Source: Malacoraja senta (Eukaryota). From it: 64,000 nt of DNA. The stretch lies in contig JAXLNO010000270.1 of NCBI GenBank assembly GCA_038087875.1, positions 124,001 to 188,000 on the forward strand, written 5' to 3'. The stretch's first letter is position 1; every line of letters begins with the position of its first letter. The notes below the pieces were generated by a model. The model did no database searches. It had not been told where the DNA came from and saw only the letters and a list, made by a program, of their open reading frames with translations. The position numbers and the translations under genes are program-made. Below are positions 27,101 to 38,902 of this stretch, piece after piece.

Positions 27101-27483
27101 TATACACATTTAAGAAACCCACCACCACTTATTCTCTGTTTATTATCTTTTTTTACTTTCCCCCCTGCATTTTGGGTCCGAGTGCTTCCCTTTTCTGCCT
27201 CCTGCCTCCCACATTTTCTACCAGCTTTCTCTATTTGAGTCCCTCCCCCCAACCGTTCTAGTTTAAAGTCTCCCCAGTAGCCTTTGCAAATCTCCCCGCC
27301 AGGATATTGGTCCCCCTCGGGTTCAAGTGCAACCCGTCCTTTCTTTACAGGTCACACCTTCCGCAAAAGAGGTCCCAATGATCCAGAAATTTGAACCCCT
27401 GCCCGCTGCACCAGTTCCTCAGACACGCATTTATCCTTCACCTCATTCCATTCCTACTCTCACTGTCGCGTGGCACAGGTGGT
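24198..27483 (-). mobile_element. Young CR1 LINE (ORF1 3' end + APE/RT ORF2, frameshifted)
   Basis: YFNARS, ISETW, GDFN, SDHN (APE); SPGPD, QHGF, GVPQGS, YADD (RT); (ATATGGTT)n tail; TSD AATCA (24193-24197 / 27484-27488); empty sites near 4790 and 50615. Confidence 0.95.
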
Positions 27484-28154
27484 AATCAGACTTGCGGGAC
27501 ACTACCTTCCCCTTACAAAATCATGCTGACTATCCCTAATCAGCCCTTGCTTACCCAAATGACTGTATATCCAAATAACTGTAGAAAAGGTTGCTTATCG
27601 GGCTGGTGGCCTGCGACTAGTGGTGTGCCTCAGGGTTCGTTGCTGAGCCCGTTACTGTATGTCATCTACCCCGCTGACTCTGCCATATCCTTATTTCCTG
27701 CTCAATATACCAGTCCAATTGTTACCTTTAAATTGCCTTTATTGCCTGAGATTACCTCTATTGTATCGAGCTTCTCGGCGTCACTGCCTTATCAATATTT
27801 GGAGTGATCATTCTAATGACATCTTAATGGCAGGAAGCAATAAAGTGACTGAGCAAAATATATTGTAATAAGCCGTCAATATGCAAGAGTCACTTGGAGA
27901 ATGGAGGAAAAGCAGAAAACGACTCATGAACGTGGATGGCCCATACATCCCCCAGTGACATATCCAGCAACAAACCGCATATTTATGCACCAGTAAAGTC
28001 ACTTTCTGCCACATTTCTATGTGCTGCAATTAGTGTTACAATTGATCGGTGACCGAGAACCAACGAACCGACGCAAAACCAGAGCGCTGTGCTGAAGTAC
28101 TTTCTACCTCTTTGATCGCCTAGGTCGGACTTTGCTGGCTTTACCTTCCACTAA

Positions 28155-28971
28155 ACATAGAAACATAGAAACATAGAAAGTAGGTGCGAGAGCAGACCAC
28201 CAGGTCCATCGAGCCCGCACCGCCATTCGCTCATGGCTAAACACCAAACAAACACCCCCACCCACAAACAGTAGACACAAGACACAGAACACAAGACACT
28301 ACCCTCCCCTTTATAGCGCTATCACCCCTCTCCACCCCAAGAACCGAGTGATCTCCTGGGGGAGGCAAAAAACCGGATAAAAACCCAGGTCCAATTCGGG
28401 AAAAAAAATCCGGGAAATTCCTCTCCGACCCCAATCCAGGCGATCGACACTTGTCCAGGAGATCACTCAGGTCTTACTATACTAACCCTACCTAGGTCCA
28501 TATCCCTGCCCTCTCCCCGTAGCCCCTTATCCCCTTGGCAGCTAAAAAACCATCTATTTTAGACTTAAATATATTTAATGTTTCTGCTTCCACTGCTCCC
28601 TGGGGCAGTGAATTCCATAAATTAACCACCCTCTGGGTGAAGAAGTTCTTCCTCATCTCAGTTTTAAAAGAGCCCCCCCCCCTTATTCTACAACTATGTC
28701 CCCTAGTTCTAGTTTCCCCGATCATTGGGAACATCCTCGGTGCATCCACCTGATCAAGGCCCCTCATGATCTTATATGTTTCAATGAGATCGCCTCTCAT
28801 TCTTCTAAACTCCAAAGAGTAGAGTTCCAGCCTACTTAACCTTTCCTCATATGTCAATCCCCTCATTGCAGGAATTAATCTTGTAAAATTTCGCTGCACT
28901 GCCTCCAGGGCCAGTACATCCTTTCTTAAGTATGGACCCCAGAACTGTACACAGTATTCCAAATGTGGTCT
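28155..28971 (-). mobile_element. 5'-truncated CR1 with (TTCTATGT)n tail, upstream of GPCR copy 2
   Basis: RPHLEYCVQFW...FFTQRVVNLWNSLP; CACTAA(A)C target duplication; empty sites near 5897 and 51280. Confidence 0.9.
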
Positions 28972-29344
28972 CACTAACGTTATTCATTTATTATATAGTC
29001 CCTTAACACAGTGAATGGATCGATTGTAATCATGTGCTGTCTTTCTGCTGACTGGTTAGCACGTAAGAAAATATTTTCACTGTACGTCGGTACACGTGAC
29101 AATATACTAAACTAACCTTAACTAAACTAAACTAATCTAAACACATTTTTGAAAACAGTTTAACCTTCATGAAACAACGCTGAACTTTCAACCTACTGCG
29201 TTGGAAACCTTTCATGACATCATTATAACTAATTGCATGTAATATCCTCGGTGAACTAAACAAATTACACATGCACAATGAGTAAAACTAGTTTTTCCTA
29301 AGTGTTCGTTCAATGGCCTGTGGCTAACGTGAGTCTGGAGGGTA

Positions 29345-29381
29345 CCAATTAGCTCAGTGGGCGTTCCGTGGTGTATAATAA
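29345..29381 (+). promoter_or_regulatory. Putative CCAAT + TATA-like core promoter of GPCR copy 2 (copy 3: 51621-51657)
   Basis: CCAAT at 29345 and TATAATAA at 29374, about 70 nt before the ATG, in non-repeat sequence conserved across units. Confidence 0.4.
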
Positions 29382-29448
29382 CACGTTGATCTGATGCATG
29401 TCGCTACTTGGAACGCTTCCTACGACTGGTCGCTGCTTCAGGTAGAAA

Positions 29449-29518
29449 ATGGAGTATCCAGCGATTTTCCACGTTGCAAGAAATTACTATCCTGTACTTG
29501 CAGCGATCGGCATTCCTG
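29449..29518 (+). CDS. GPR139/GPR142-like GPCR copy 2, coding exon 1 (MEYPAIFHVARNYYPVLAAIGIP, phase 1)
   Basis: ATG at 29449; donor GTAAG at 29519; near-identical in all three units; joins exon 2 in frame (G+TT=Val) to complete TM1 YYPVLAAIGIPVNLLAVVIL. Confidence 0.88.
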
Positions 29519-29567
29519 GTAAGGTACTAGAACTGACTCGGCGACCGTTCCAAGGAACTGTTAGGTA

Positions 29568-29895
29568 GGGCGGCACGGTGGCCCAGCGATAGAGTTGCTG
29601 TCTTACAGCTCATACAGCACTTTCAGCGAGAGAGACCCAGGTTCGATCCTGAATACGGGTGCTGTCTATATGGCGTCTGTACGTTCTCCACGTGTCCTGC
29701 GTGGGTTTCTCCAAGAACTTCGGTTCCCCCCCACACTCCAAAGACGTACAGGATTATAGGCTTATTGGCTTGGTAAATATGTCAACAATGTTCCTAATAT
29801 GTGATGGATAGTGCTAATGTGCGGGGATCGCTGGTCGGTGCGGACTCGTTCGGCGTGTTTTAGCGCTGTATCTCTAAACTAAACTAAACTGAACT
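29568..29895 (+). mobile_element. tRNA-derived V-SINE/HE1-like SINE (unit C copy 51844-52168)
   Basis: A box TGGCCCAGCGATAG, B box GGTTCGATCC, core TGTACGTTCTCC...GCGTGGGTTTCTCC, (CTAAA)n tail. Confidence 0.85.
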
Positions 29896-32796
29896 TACAC
29901 TTGGTTCGCCAACGCCTATTTGTTCTGATGGTTGCTAAGCATTTGATATCGCCTTTCATTCACATACTGACCTTTTTGACGTGCGCCTTTGTCAGAGTGC
30001 GGCGGTACACAAACCGAATGACAACTCCTCATAATCCGCTTGATTAGCTTACAAACTGATTGAGTGCTTTCTCTAATATTAGGCATCTAATCCACATCCA
30101 CACCCTCCCCTATCTTTCACTGAGTTATGTGTTCTACCACCGGTCCTCGCACCGAATTCTATCAAACACCTCCCCTTTCATCGACATTTCTTCTCCTGGC
30201 TTCACAATGCACATCCTTTGACATATCTCAAAACGTTTGCCTTTTGACATCTGCGAATGTTAGTTTAGTTCAGTTCAGTTCTGAGATACAGCGCTGAAAA
30301 CAGATACTTCGGCCCACCCATGCCGCCCATTAATCCCCACACCGTAACAATAACAACACAGATTAGGTACAATTTACACTTATACAAAATCAATTAACAT
30401 ACATGTACGTTTATGGAGTGTGGGATGCAACCGGAGCACCCACACAGTACAAGGGGAGAAGGTACAAACTCCATACAGACAGTATCCGTAGGCCGGATCA
30501 AATCCGTGTCTCTAGCAGCAACATTACCACTGCGCCACCATGCCGCCCCATGTTGACCCAACTGCTCAACTTTTTCCACCTATAATACGCCAGGCTTTGC
30601 CATGTCGCTCCTTTTTTATAGGTTTCCCCAACCACCACAACCAATCTGAGGAAGGGACCAGAGCAATTGCTGACCCGCTGAGTTACTCCAGCACTTTATA
30701 CCTATCTATGTCCTCTAGAGATGTTGCCTAACCGCAGAGATACTTCAGCACTTTGTACCTATCCATGTTTTCCAGAGATACTGATTGACCCGCTGAGTTA
30801 CCCCAGCACTTTGTAACTATCCGTGTTCTCCAGAGATGTTGCTTGACCCGCTGAGTTACAACACACTTTGTTCCGATCCGTGTTCTGCAGATATGCAGCC
30901 TGATGCGCTGAGTTACTCCCCCACTTTGTACCTATCCGTGTAACCTGAGGTGTTGCCTGACCCACTGACTTGATCCTGTACGTTGAGCATGCTCTACATT
31001 ATTGCCTGCCATTCCTTGTATCTGCTATTTGCGTGGCTCGTCTTTCATATTTCTCTTCTTACAACGTGGACTCGCCGTTTACTAGGACAAATTTCCTCCG
31101 TGACAAATATCTCGCTGCGTGACAGTCGCGAAGAGAATTATTCTGTTAATCGACACAAAATGCTAGAGTAACTCAGCGGGACATGCAGCATCTCTGGAGA
31201 GAAGCAGTGGGTGACGTTGTGGATGTCCTTGGACCCTTCTTCTCGACCTGCAACGTCACCCATTCCTTCTCTCCGAGATGATGACTGTCCCGCTGAGTAA
31301 AATATAGCGAAGATGAGCGGGAAGCCAGAGGATTGGGGAACATTTAGAGCACAACAGAGGGCAACTAAAAAGGCAATGCGGGGAGAAATGATGGACGAAA
31401 GTATGCTAGCCAAGAATATAATGGAGGATAGTAAACGCTTATTTAGTTTATATGAAGAGGAAAAGATTAGTTAAGACAAATGTGGGTCCTTTGCACACAA
31501 AACAGGTGAACGTATTATTGGGAAAAGGAAATGGCAAATGAGTTGAGCAGGTACTTTGGTGCTGTCTTCACTATGGAACACACAAACAATCTTCCAGTTG
31601 TACTAGGGGACAGAGGATCTAGGGTGACGGAGGAACTGAACGAAATTCACTTTGGTCCGGAAATGTTTTGGATGGAACTGATGGGACTGAAGGCTGATAA
31701 ATCCCCAGCGTACTCATGTAGGTGGCTCTAGAAATCGTTGACGCATTGGTGATCATATTCCAATATTCTAATGATTCTGGATCAGTTCCTGTGGATTTAA
31801 TGGTAGATAATGTTATCCCACTTTTTAGGAAAGTAGGGAAAGAGAAACAGGGAATTATGGAGCAGTTAGATTCATATCGGTGGTGCGGAATATGCTGGAG
31901 TCTATTATTAAAGGTAATAGCGTCGCACTTGGATAGCAGTAAAAGGATCGGTCTAAGTCAGCATGGATTATAGAAAGGGAAATCCTGCTTGACAAATCTT
32001 CAGCAATTTTTTGAGGATGTAACAAGTAAAATGGATAAGAGGGACAGTGGACGAAGTGTATTTGATAAGGTCTCACACAGGAGATTAGTGGGCAAAATTG
32101 AGCACACGGTATAGGGGGTAGGATATTCACATGGATAGAAAACTGGTTGGCAGATAGGAAACGAAGATTATGAATATACGGTTCCCTTTCAGAATGGAAG
32201 GCAGTGAATAGTCTGGAGTCTCAAGGTTCGGTGCTGGCACCGCTGCTATTTACAATATCAATTGATGAATTAAATGAAGAAATTATAAGTGACATTAGCA
32301 AATTCGCAGATGACACGAGGCTGTGTGGCAGCGTGAACTGTGAAGATACAATACGATACAAATGTATTGTCATTTGAACCTCAAATGAAGTTCGAACGAA
32401 ATTTTGTTTCTGCAGTCATAAAACAAGAAAAGAACCAAGACACAAAAACAGCACAATTTACTCAAACATCCATCACAGTGAACCTCCTTCACAATGTGTT
32501 GGAAGGCAAAATCTTGTCTCTCCCCTGTGTTCCATTCTTCTCCGAATGTTAAAGCCTTCGGAGGGCGATGGCAAGTCCCGCGACCGTTAAGGCCGCTCCG
32601 GGTCACCCTCAACCCCGCAACTCGGGCGGGAGAAGTTGCCGTTGCGGGAGCTCCGAAAAGCGGTCTGCCACCAGGGACCCGCGAGCTCCCGATGTCACCG
32701 TCCACCGGACCTACGGCTGGAGCCACCGAGCTCCGGAGTCGGGTCGCAGCAGCGCGCCACCACAGCTCTCCACGCTCCGAAGCCGGCCAGCCCCAC

Positions 32797-33398
32797 GGCT
32801 CTGTCTTAGCTGTTTGCGGTCATCGGCGGTGAAGCTCGGCGTCGCCGGTAGCGGGGACCGCGCGGCAACGGCGAGAGCGCCGAGCCTATCCACGGGAGCG
32901 CCGCACGGATGCTGCGCGGGGGCCGAGTAATTCAAGCACGGCGGGTCCCACGTGCTTGCGGTGAGTAAAAAAAAGGGCGGGCCGACTGCGATGGCGTCGG
33001 CCCGCCGCACGTGACTCACTAGCGGCGGCTGTGGCGGCGGCCGTCCTGATCGCGACGCTGTAGCGGTGGCTGTGCCTGCGGCCGCGCAGCACACGTGCCT
33101 CACTGGCGGAGGCACGTGCCTCACTGGCGGAGGCTGTGGCAGGGGAGGTTTGACGCACGGCGCTCGAGCCACACTGGCGGCGGCCCGTGCGGGCGGCCGT
33201 GCCGCACTCATGCATCACTGGTGGAGGTTGTGCGGTGAGTATATAGCTTTCAACATTGTCGGTTTTATTTTAGCACCGTGCGGTGTTGTGAACACCGCCG
33301 CACGGCCCCGGAATTGTACGTTCTCACGAGTGCGCGGTCTATGGCGGCAGATTCTTCCCGTTTCGCCGCCAATGACCGCAGACTCGTGAGACAGGACT
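32797..33398. mobile_element. About 600-bp non-autonomous DNA transposon (MITE), PIF/Harbinger-like
   Basis: Imperfect about 36-bp TIRs: left GGCTCTGTCTTAGCTGTTTGCGGTCATCGGCGGTGAA vs right (revcomp) GTCCTGTCTCACGAGTCTGCGGTCATTGGCGGCGAA; TTA/TAA on the right flank; absent from the unit A copy near 9512. Confidence 0.7.
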
Positions 33399-36300
33399 TT
33401 AAGTCCGCAGGCTGCGCGACTGGAGCACCCAGGTCGTTCAGTTTGGAGGCCGCTCCACAGTGCCGCCCCAACGAGAACGGAGACACGACAGGGAAAAGGT
33501 CGGGTCCCCGTACAGGGAAGATATTTAAAAGTTTCCCCAACCCCCACCCCCCGCCCCCCACATATACACAGCTAAAAACAATATAATAACCATAACAAAC
33601 TATACATTCAACGGGAAAAAAATAAAAAATAAAATAATAAGGGGATACTATGTTGATGAAGGGTGAGTGGGCAGATGCATGACGGATGCAGTGTAATGTG
33701 GATAAATGTGAGGTTATTGACTTTGGTGGCAAGAACCAGAAGGCAGGTTATTATTTGAATGGTATCAGATTAGGAAAAGGGGAAGTACAACGAGACCTGG
33801 GTGTCCTTGTACATCAATCACTAAAAGTAAGTATGCAGTTAAAGCTGGCAGCGAAGAAAGCTAATGGCATGTTGGCCTTCGTAACGACAGGTTTTTGGGT
33901 ATAGAAGCAAATAGGTCCTTCTACAGTTTTACAGGGCGCTGGTTGGTCCACACCTGCAGTTGTGTGTGCAATTTGGGTCTCATAACTTCAGGAACGACAT
34001 TCTTTCTCTTGCGAACGTGCAGCGTAGGTTCACGAAGTTAATTCCCTGGATGGTTGGACTGTCATATGATGAAAGAATGGAACGACTGTGTTTGCATACA
34101 CTGGAACTTAAACGGAATAGGGGATCTTCCAGAAACATATACAATTATTTTGCGATTAGATAAGCTAGATGCCGGAAACATGGTCCCGATATTGGGGGAG
34201 TCCAGAACCAGGGGGCCACAGAATATCAATAAGGGGTAGCCCATTTAGAACTGAGACGAGAAAAACGATTTCACCCGGAGAGTTGTGAATTTGTGTAATG
34301 ACATTCTTCTTCCAGACCCCACTCCCTTTTCTTTACTCTGGATGGCCAGTCAATCTCCACCTCCATCCTCCACCAGTATGCTGTTAAAGCCCTCCGTTTC
34401 TTCCCCATCGGCAGAACCAGCCAATTTCCCTCTACCAAGAATCTCCTCCGCCAGCAGAGCTGGTCCTTACTCTCACATTCTCCTTAGACTTCTCTCACTT
34501 CTCCAGATCCAAGGCGCAGCGACGGGCACTCGCATGGGCCCTAGCAATGCTTGCCTCTTTGTAGGGAACGTCGAACATGCCCTGTTCCAGGCGGACACTG
34601 GCCCAATCCCCGAACATTACCTCAGCTACATTGACGACTGCATTGGTACTACCTACTGCACCTATGCAGAACTCACAGACTTCATCAACTAGACCACAAA
34701 TTACCATCCTGCTCTCAAATTCACTTGGACAATCTCCGACATCTCCCTACAGTTTCTAGATCTCACCGTCTCCATCACAGGAATCAGACTATTGACCGGC
34801 ATCTACTGCAAATATACTGACTCCCATTTCTATCTTGACCACAATTTTTCCCACCCTCCTTCCTGTAAAGACTCTACCACCTACTCCCAATTCCTCCGTC
34901 TATGCGGCATCTGCGCCCAGGATGACGTGTTCCATACCAGGGCATCGGATATGTCCTCAATCTTTAGGGAACGGGGTTTACCCTCTTCCATTATAGACGA
35001 AGCTCTCACAAGGGTCTCGTCGATATCCCGGGCTCCGCTCTTACTCTCCTTCCCCCCATTCTTAACAAGGACATTCACCCTTGTCCTCACCTTCCACCCC
35101 ATCAGCCGTCTCATACACCATATAATCCTCCAACATTTTCGCCACCCCCAACGGGAACCCACTACTGGCCACATCTTCACATCTCCACCCCTTTCAGCTT
35201 TCCGCAGAGACCGTTCGCTCCGAAACTCCCAGGTCAACACGTCCCTCCCACTAAAACCACCCCTTACCATATAACCATATAACCATATAACCATCACAGC
35301 ACGGAAACAGGCCATCTCAGCCCTTCAAGTCCGTGCCGAACATTTTTTTTTACTTCCCCCTAGTCCCAGCTACCTGCACTCAGACCATAACCCTCCATTC
35401 CTTTCCCGTCCATATACCCATCCAATCTATTTTCAAAGGATAAAATCGAACCTGCCTCCACCACTTCCACTGGAAGCTCATTCCACACAGCTACCACTCT
35501 CTGAGTAAAGAAGTTCCTCCTAATGTTACTTCTAAACTTCTGTCCCTTAATTCTCAAGCCATGTCCCCTTGTTTGAATCTTCCCTACTCTCAATGGGAAA
35601 AGCTTATCCACGTCAACTCTGTCTAACCCGCTCATAATTTTAAAGACCTCGATCAAGTCCCCTCTTAACCTTCTGCGCTCCAAAGAATAAATACTTAACT
35701 TGTTCAACCTTTCTCTGTAACTTAGTTGCTGAAACCCAGGCAACATTCTCGTAAATCTCCTCTGTACTCTCTCTATTTTGCTGACATCCTTCCTATAATT
35801 AAGCGACCAAAATTGTACTCCATACTCCAGAATTGGCCTCACCAATGCATTGTACAATTTTAACATTACATCCCAACCTCTATATTCAATGCTCTGATTT
35901 ATATAGGCCAGCACACCAAAAGCTTTCTTTACCACCCTATCTACATGAGATCCCACCTTCAGGGAACTATGCACAGTTATTCATAGATCCCCCTGTTCAA
36001 CTGCATTCCTCAATTCGCTACCATTTACCATGCACGTCCTATTTTGATTTGACCTGCCGAGAATGTAGCACCTCACATTTATCAGCATTAAACTCCATCT
36101 GCCATCTTTAGCCCACTCTTCCAAATGGCCTAAATCTCACAGTAGATTTTGAAAATCTACGACATTACCCAAAACACCACCTATCTTAGTATTATCTGCA
36201 TACATACTAATCCAATTTCCACACCATCATCCAGATCATTGATGTACATGACAAACAACAGTGGACCGAACACAGACCCCTGAGGCACCCCACTAGTCAC

Positions 36301-36901
36301 CGGCCTCCAACCTGACAAACAGCCATCCACCATTACTCTCTGGCATCTCCCATTCAGCCACTGTTGAATCCATCTTGCTACTGCACCATTAATATCCAAC
36401 AATTGAATCTTCTTAACCAACCTTCCATGCGGAACCTTGTCAAAGGCCTTACTGAAGTCCATATAGAAAACATCCACTGCTTTACCCTCATCAATTTCCC
36501 TAGTAACCTCTTCAAAAAATTCAAGAAGATAAGTCAAACATGACCTTCCAGGCACAAATCCATGTTGACTGTTCCTAATCAGACCCTGCTTATCCAGATG
36601 CTTATATATATTATCTCTAAGTATCCTTTCCATTAATTTGCCCACCACTGACGTCAAACTAACAGGTCTATAATTGCTAGGTTTACTCTTAGAACCCTTT
36701 TTAAAGACTTCCGGTAGCGTCATGGAACATTGAGGGCGCTGCATTGAGCTCTACTCCCGTAAAAATTATCAAAAAGCCGTTTTAAAGTTGGGATTGAATC
36801 TAAAAATAACTCAACGGAGCTGCTTGGTTTGCATAAGGAAAACATCATCAGATAACGACGTTAAATCGCGGTAAAATCGCGGTAAAAATTGGGACTTTTA
36901 A

Positions 36902-37927
36902 ATGAGAAAGGGGACCTGTTCACGAGCACCAAAAAAAGCCACTATAAGCCTGCAGCTGAAAAGTGTTTTGGATACTCTGCAAACAACTGAAGAAGGCTCC
37001 GAGGAGGAGTCCGACAGCCAAGGAGTTGTGCTGGAAATGGCTACAAAAGGAGGAAAGAAAGAACTGGAGGTAAAGGAAATGTTTGTAGAAATTACTACTA
37101 CAATTAAGAGTTGGGAGAATAATATGGAAATATTCTCTCATAAAATTGATGGTGCCTGTGATGAGTTAAAGGAGCTGAAGAAGCAACATAATGAGTTTGA
37201 TAAAAAACTTAACTCAGAAATTGTTAGAATTGAAAAGGACTATAATAAGAAATTTGTTGGTGTAAATGCTAAGATGGACAACATTGACGAGAGAATGGAA
37301 GAGATGGAAAGGGATATGAAAGAGATGATCACGGAAGTAAACAGTCTGAAAAAATCAAAGAAAGATGAAGCAGAAAAGCTGGCAAGAATGACTGACAAAT
37401 GTTTGGACTTGGAAGCGAGAGCGAGAAGGCAGAATTTGAGAATCGTTGGAGTAAGAGAAGGACGAGAAGAACATGTATCTCAAACACGTACTTTCGTTAC
37501 TGAATTACTCAAAGACGTTTTTAAACTGCCGGAAGAACTAAGAATAGATACTGTTCAACGAGTTGCACGTGTCTCAAGAGGCATAAATGCTGCTCCAAGA
37601 CAGATAATTGTGAAATTTCTTGATATTTCTTCAGTGGAATCTATACTGAAGAAGATTGTTCATGGTGAAAATTTGATATATCGTGGGGAAAAGATCCGAT
37701 TTTTCCGTGATTATCCTCCAGAGATTGTCCAGAGAATGAACTTGTTTACACCGACAAGAAACATATTGAGGGGTATTTCTAAAGTCAGATATGGAGTTGT
37801 TTTCCCAGCAAAAATGAAAATTACTTATAAGGGAATTGAGCGCTCATTTACGGACCCAGGAAAAGCATTTAAATATGCAGAAGATATCATGAGGAAAGCA
37901 TCGGAAACATCGGAAGAAGACGACTAA
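36902..37927 (+). CDS. L1 ORF1p (coiled coil + RRM + CTD), intact 341 aa
   Basis: Heptad-rich region, then DLEARARRQNLRIVGVREG, PRQIIVKF, IRFFRDYP. Confidence 0.9.
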   Translation: MRKGTCSRAPKKATISLQLKSVLDTLQTTEEGSEEESDSQGVVLEMATKGGKKELEVKEMFVEITTTIKSWENNMEIFSHKIDGACDELKELKKQHNEFDKKLNSEIVRIEKDYNKKFVGVNAKMDNIDERMEEMERDMKEMITEVNSLKKSKKDEAEKLARMTDKCLDLEARARRQNLRIVGVREGREEHVSQTRTFVTELLKDVFKLPEELRIDTVQRVARVSRGINAAPRQIIVKFLDISSVESILKKIVHGENLIYRGEKIRFFRDYPPEIVQRMNLFTPTRNILRGISKVRYGVVFPAKMKITYKGIERSFTDPGKAFKYAEDIMRKASETSEEDD

Positions 37928-38902
37928 AGGAAAGAACAAGGAACTTTTTAATTTTTAAGATGGAGCTGGAACTGGTGGATTTTTCAGACAGTTACTGAGC
38001 TTATCTGTCTGGAATGTGTATTTGAGAACATTGTTTAACCTTGAATGAAAAGCTCAAAGATAAACATGAAGAAATTATACAAGGAACAGGGACGAGATAA
38101 CATTAATATCTAACTATTATATGCTAATTACAATTAACTAACTAACTTTAACAAAACTAATGACTTGTGAGTGTGTGTAGTAAATATGAATAATCATGAA
38201 TAAACCATTGCTTATAAATTGTAATTAACCAAAATGTCCATAACATTACTAACGTTTTTTTTTCTTTATGGGTGGGAACGCAAAATAAACTTGGAAAAAA
38301 TCCAGGAATGAGGTTAACCCCTCAGTACCTGCTTGTAGGGTAGCTGGTTAGATAAATTGGTACGGTACAAATACTTATAGAAATGAGAATAGGTTGTGTT
38401 TTATATTTGGATTTGTTTTTTTTTTCTTTCTTTTTAATTACATTATTTTTTTACTTTTTAATATTTTATCTTTGCGTATTTTTGTTGTTTTTTGGGGGGG
38501 GCTTTTTACTAACGCTAGTTTGATAAAGTTAAACAAGAATAAACAAGATATGAGACGGTTTGTAGTTTTTTTACGAGGTTTTAATAAGGGATTGGGGCTC
38601 AATGTAAAATAACATCAACGGAAGTCTACAATTCTTTCGCCACCTTAGGTGCCTATTTGTCTTTAAGGTACCTGCTTTTAGATACCTTAATTTCACTTTT
38701 TTTTAAAAATCACTATACAAATTTGTATTTACTTAGTTTGTGTTTAATTAATTGTAAATCACAACTTTTCTTGCTTTATCTAAGGCACTTTTGGAGAAGG
38801 AGATGTAATGTAAACTTAAAAATTTGGAATGACCACCCAACGTCCAGAACACCGAGGTATTTGTTTGCACCATATGTTTCAAGAATATTACTTTGATATA
38901 CA

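Noticed and set aside
26558..27238. 226-aa plus-strand ORFs (also 43999-44679) and ORFs antisense to the GPCRs
   Set aside because: Shadow frames antisense to CR1 endonuclease or GPCR coding sequence.
29568..29660. tRNA gene
   Set aside because: The A/B boxes belong to a SINE head; no full cloverleaf.
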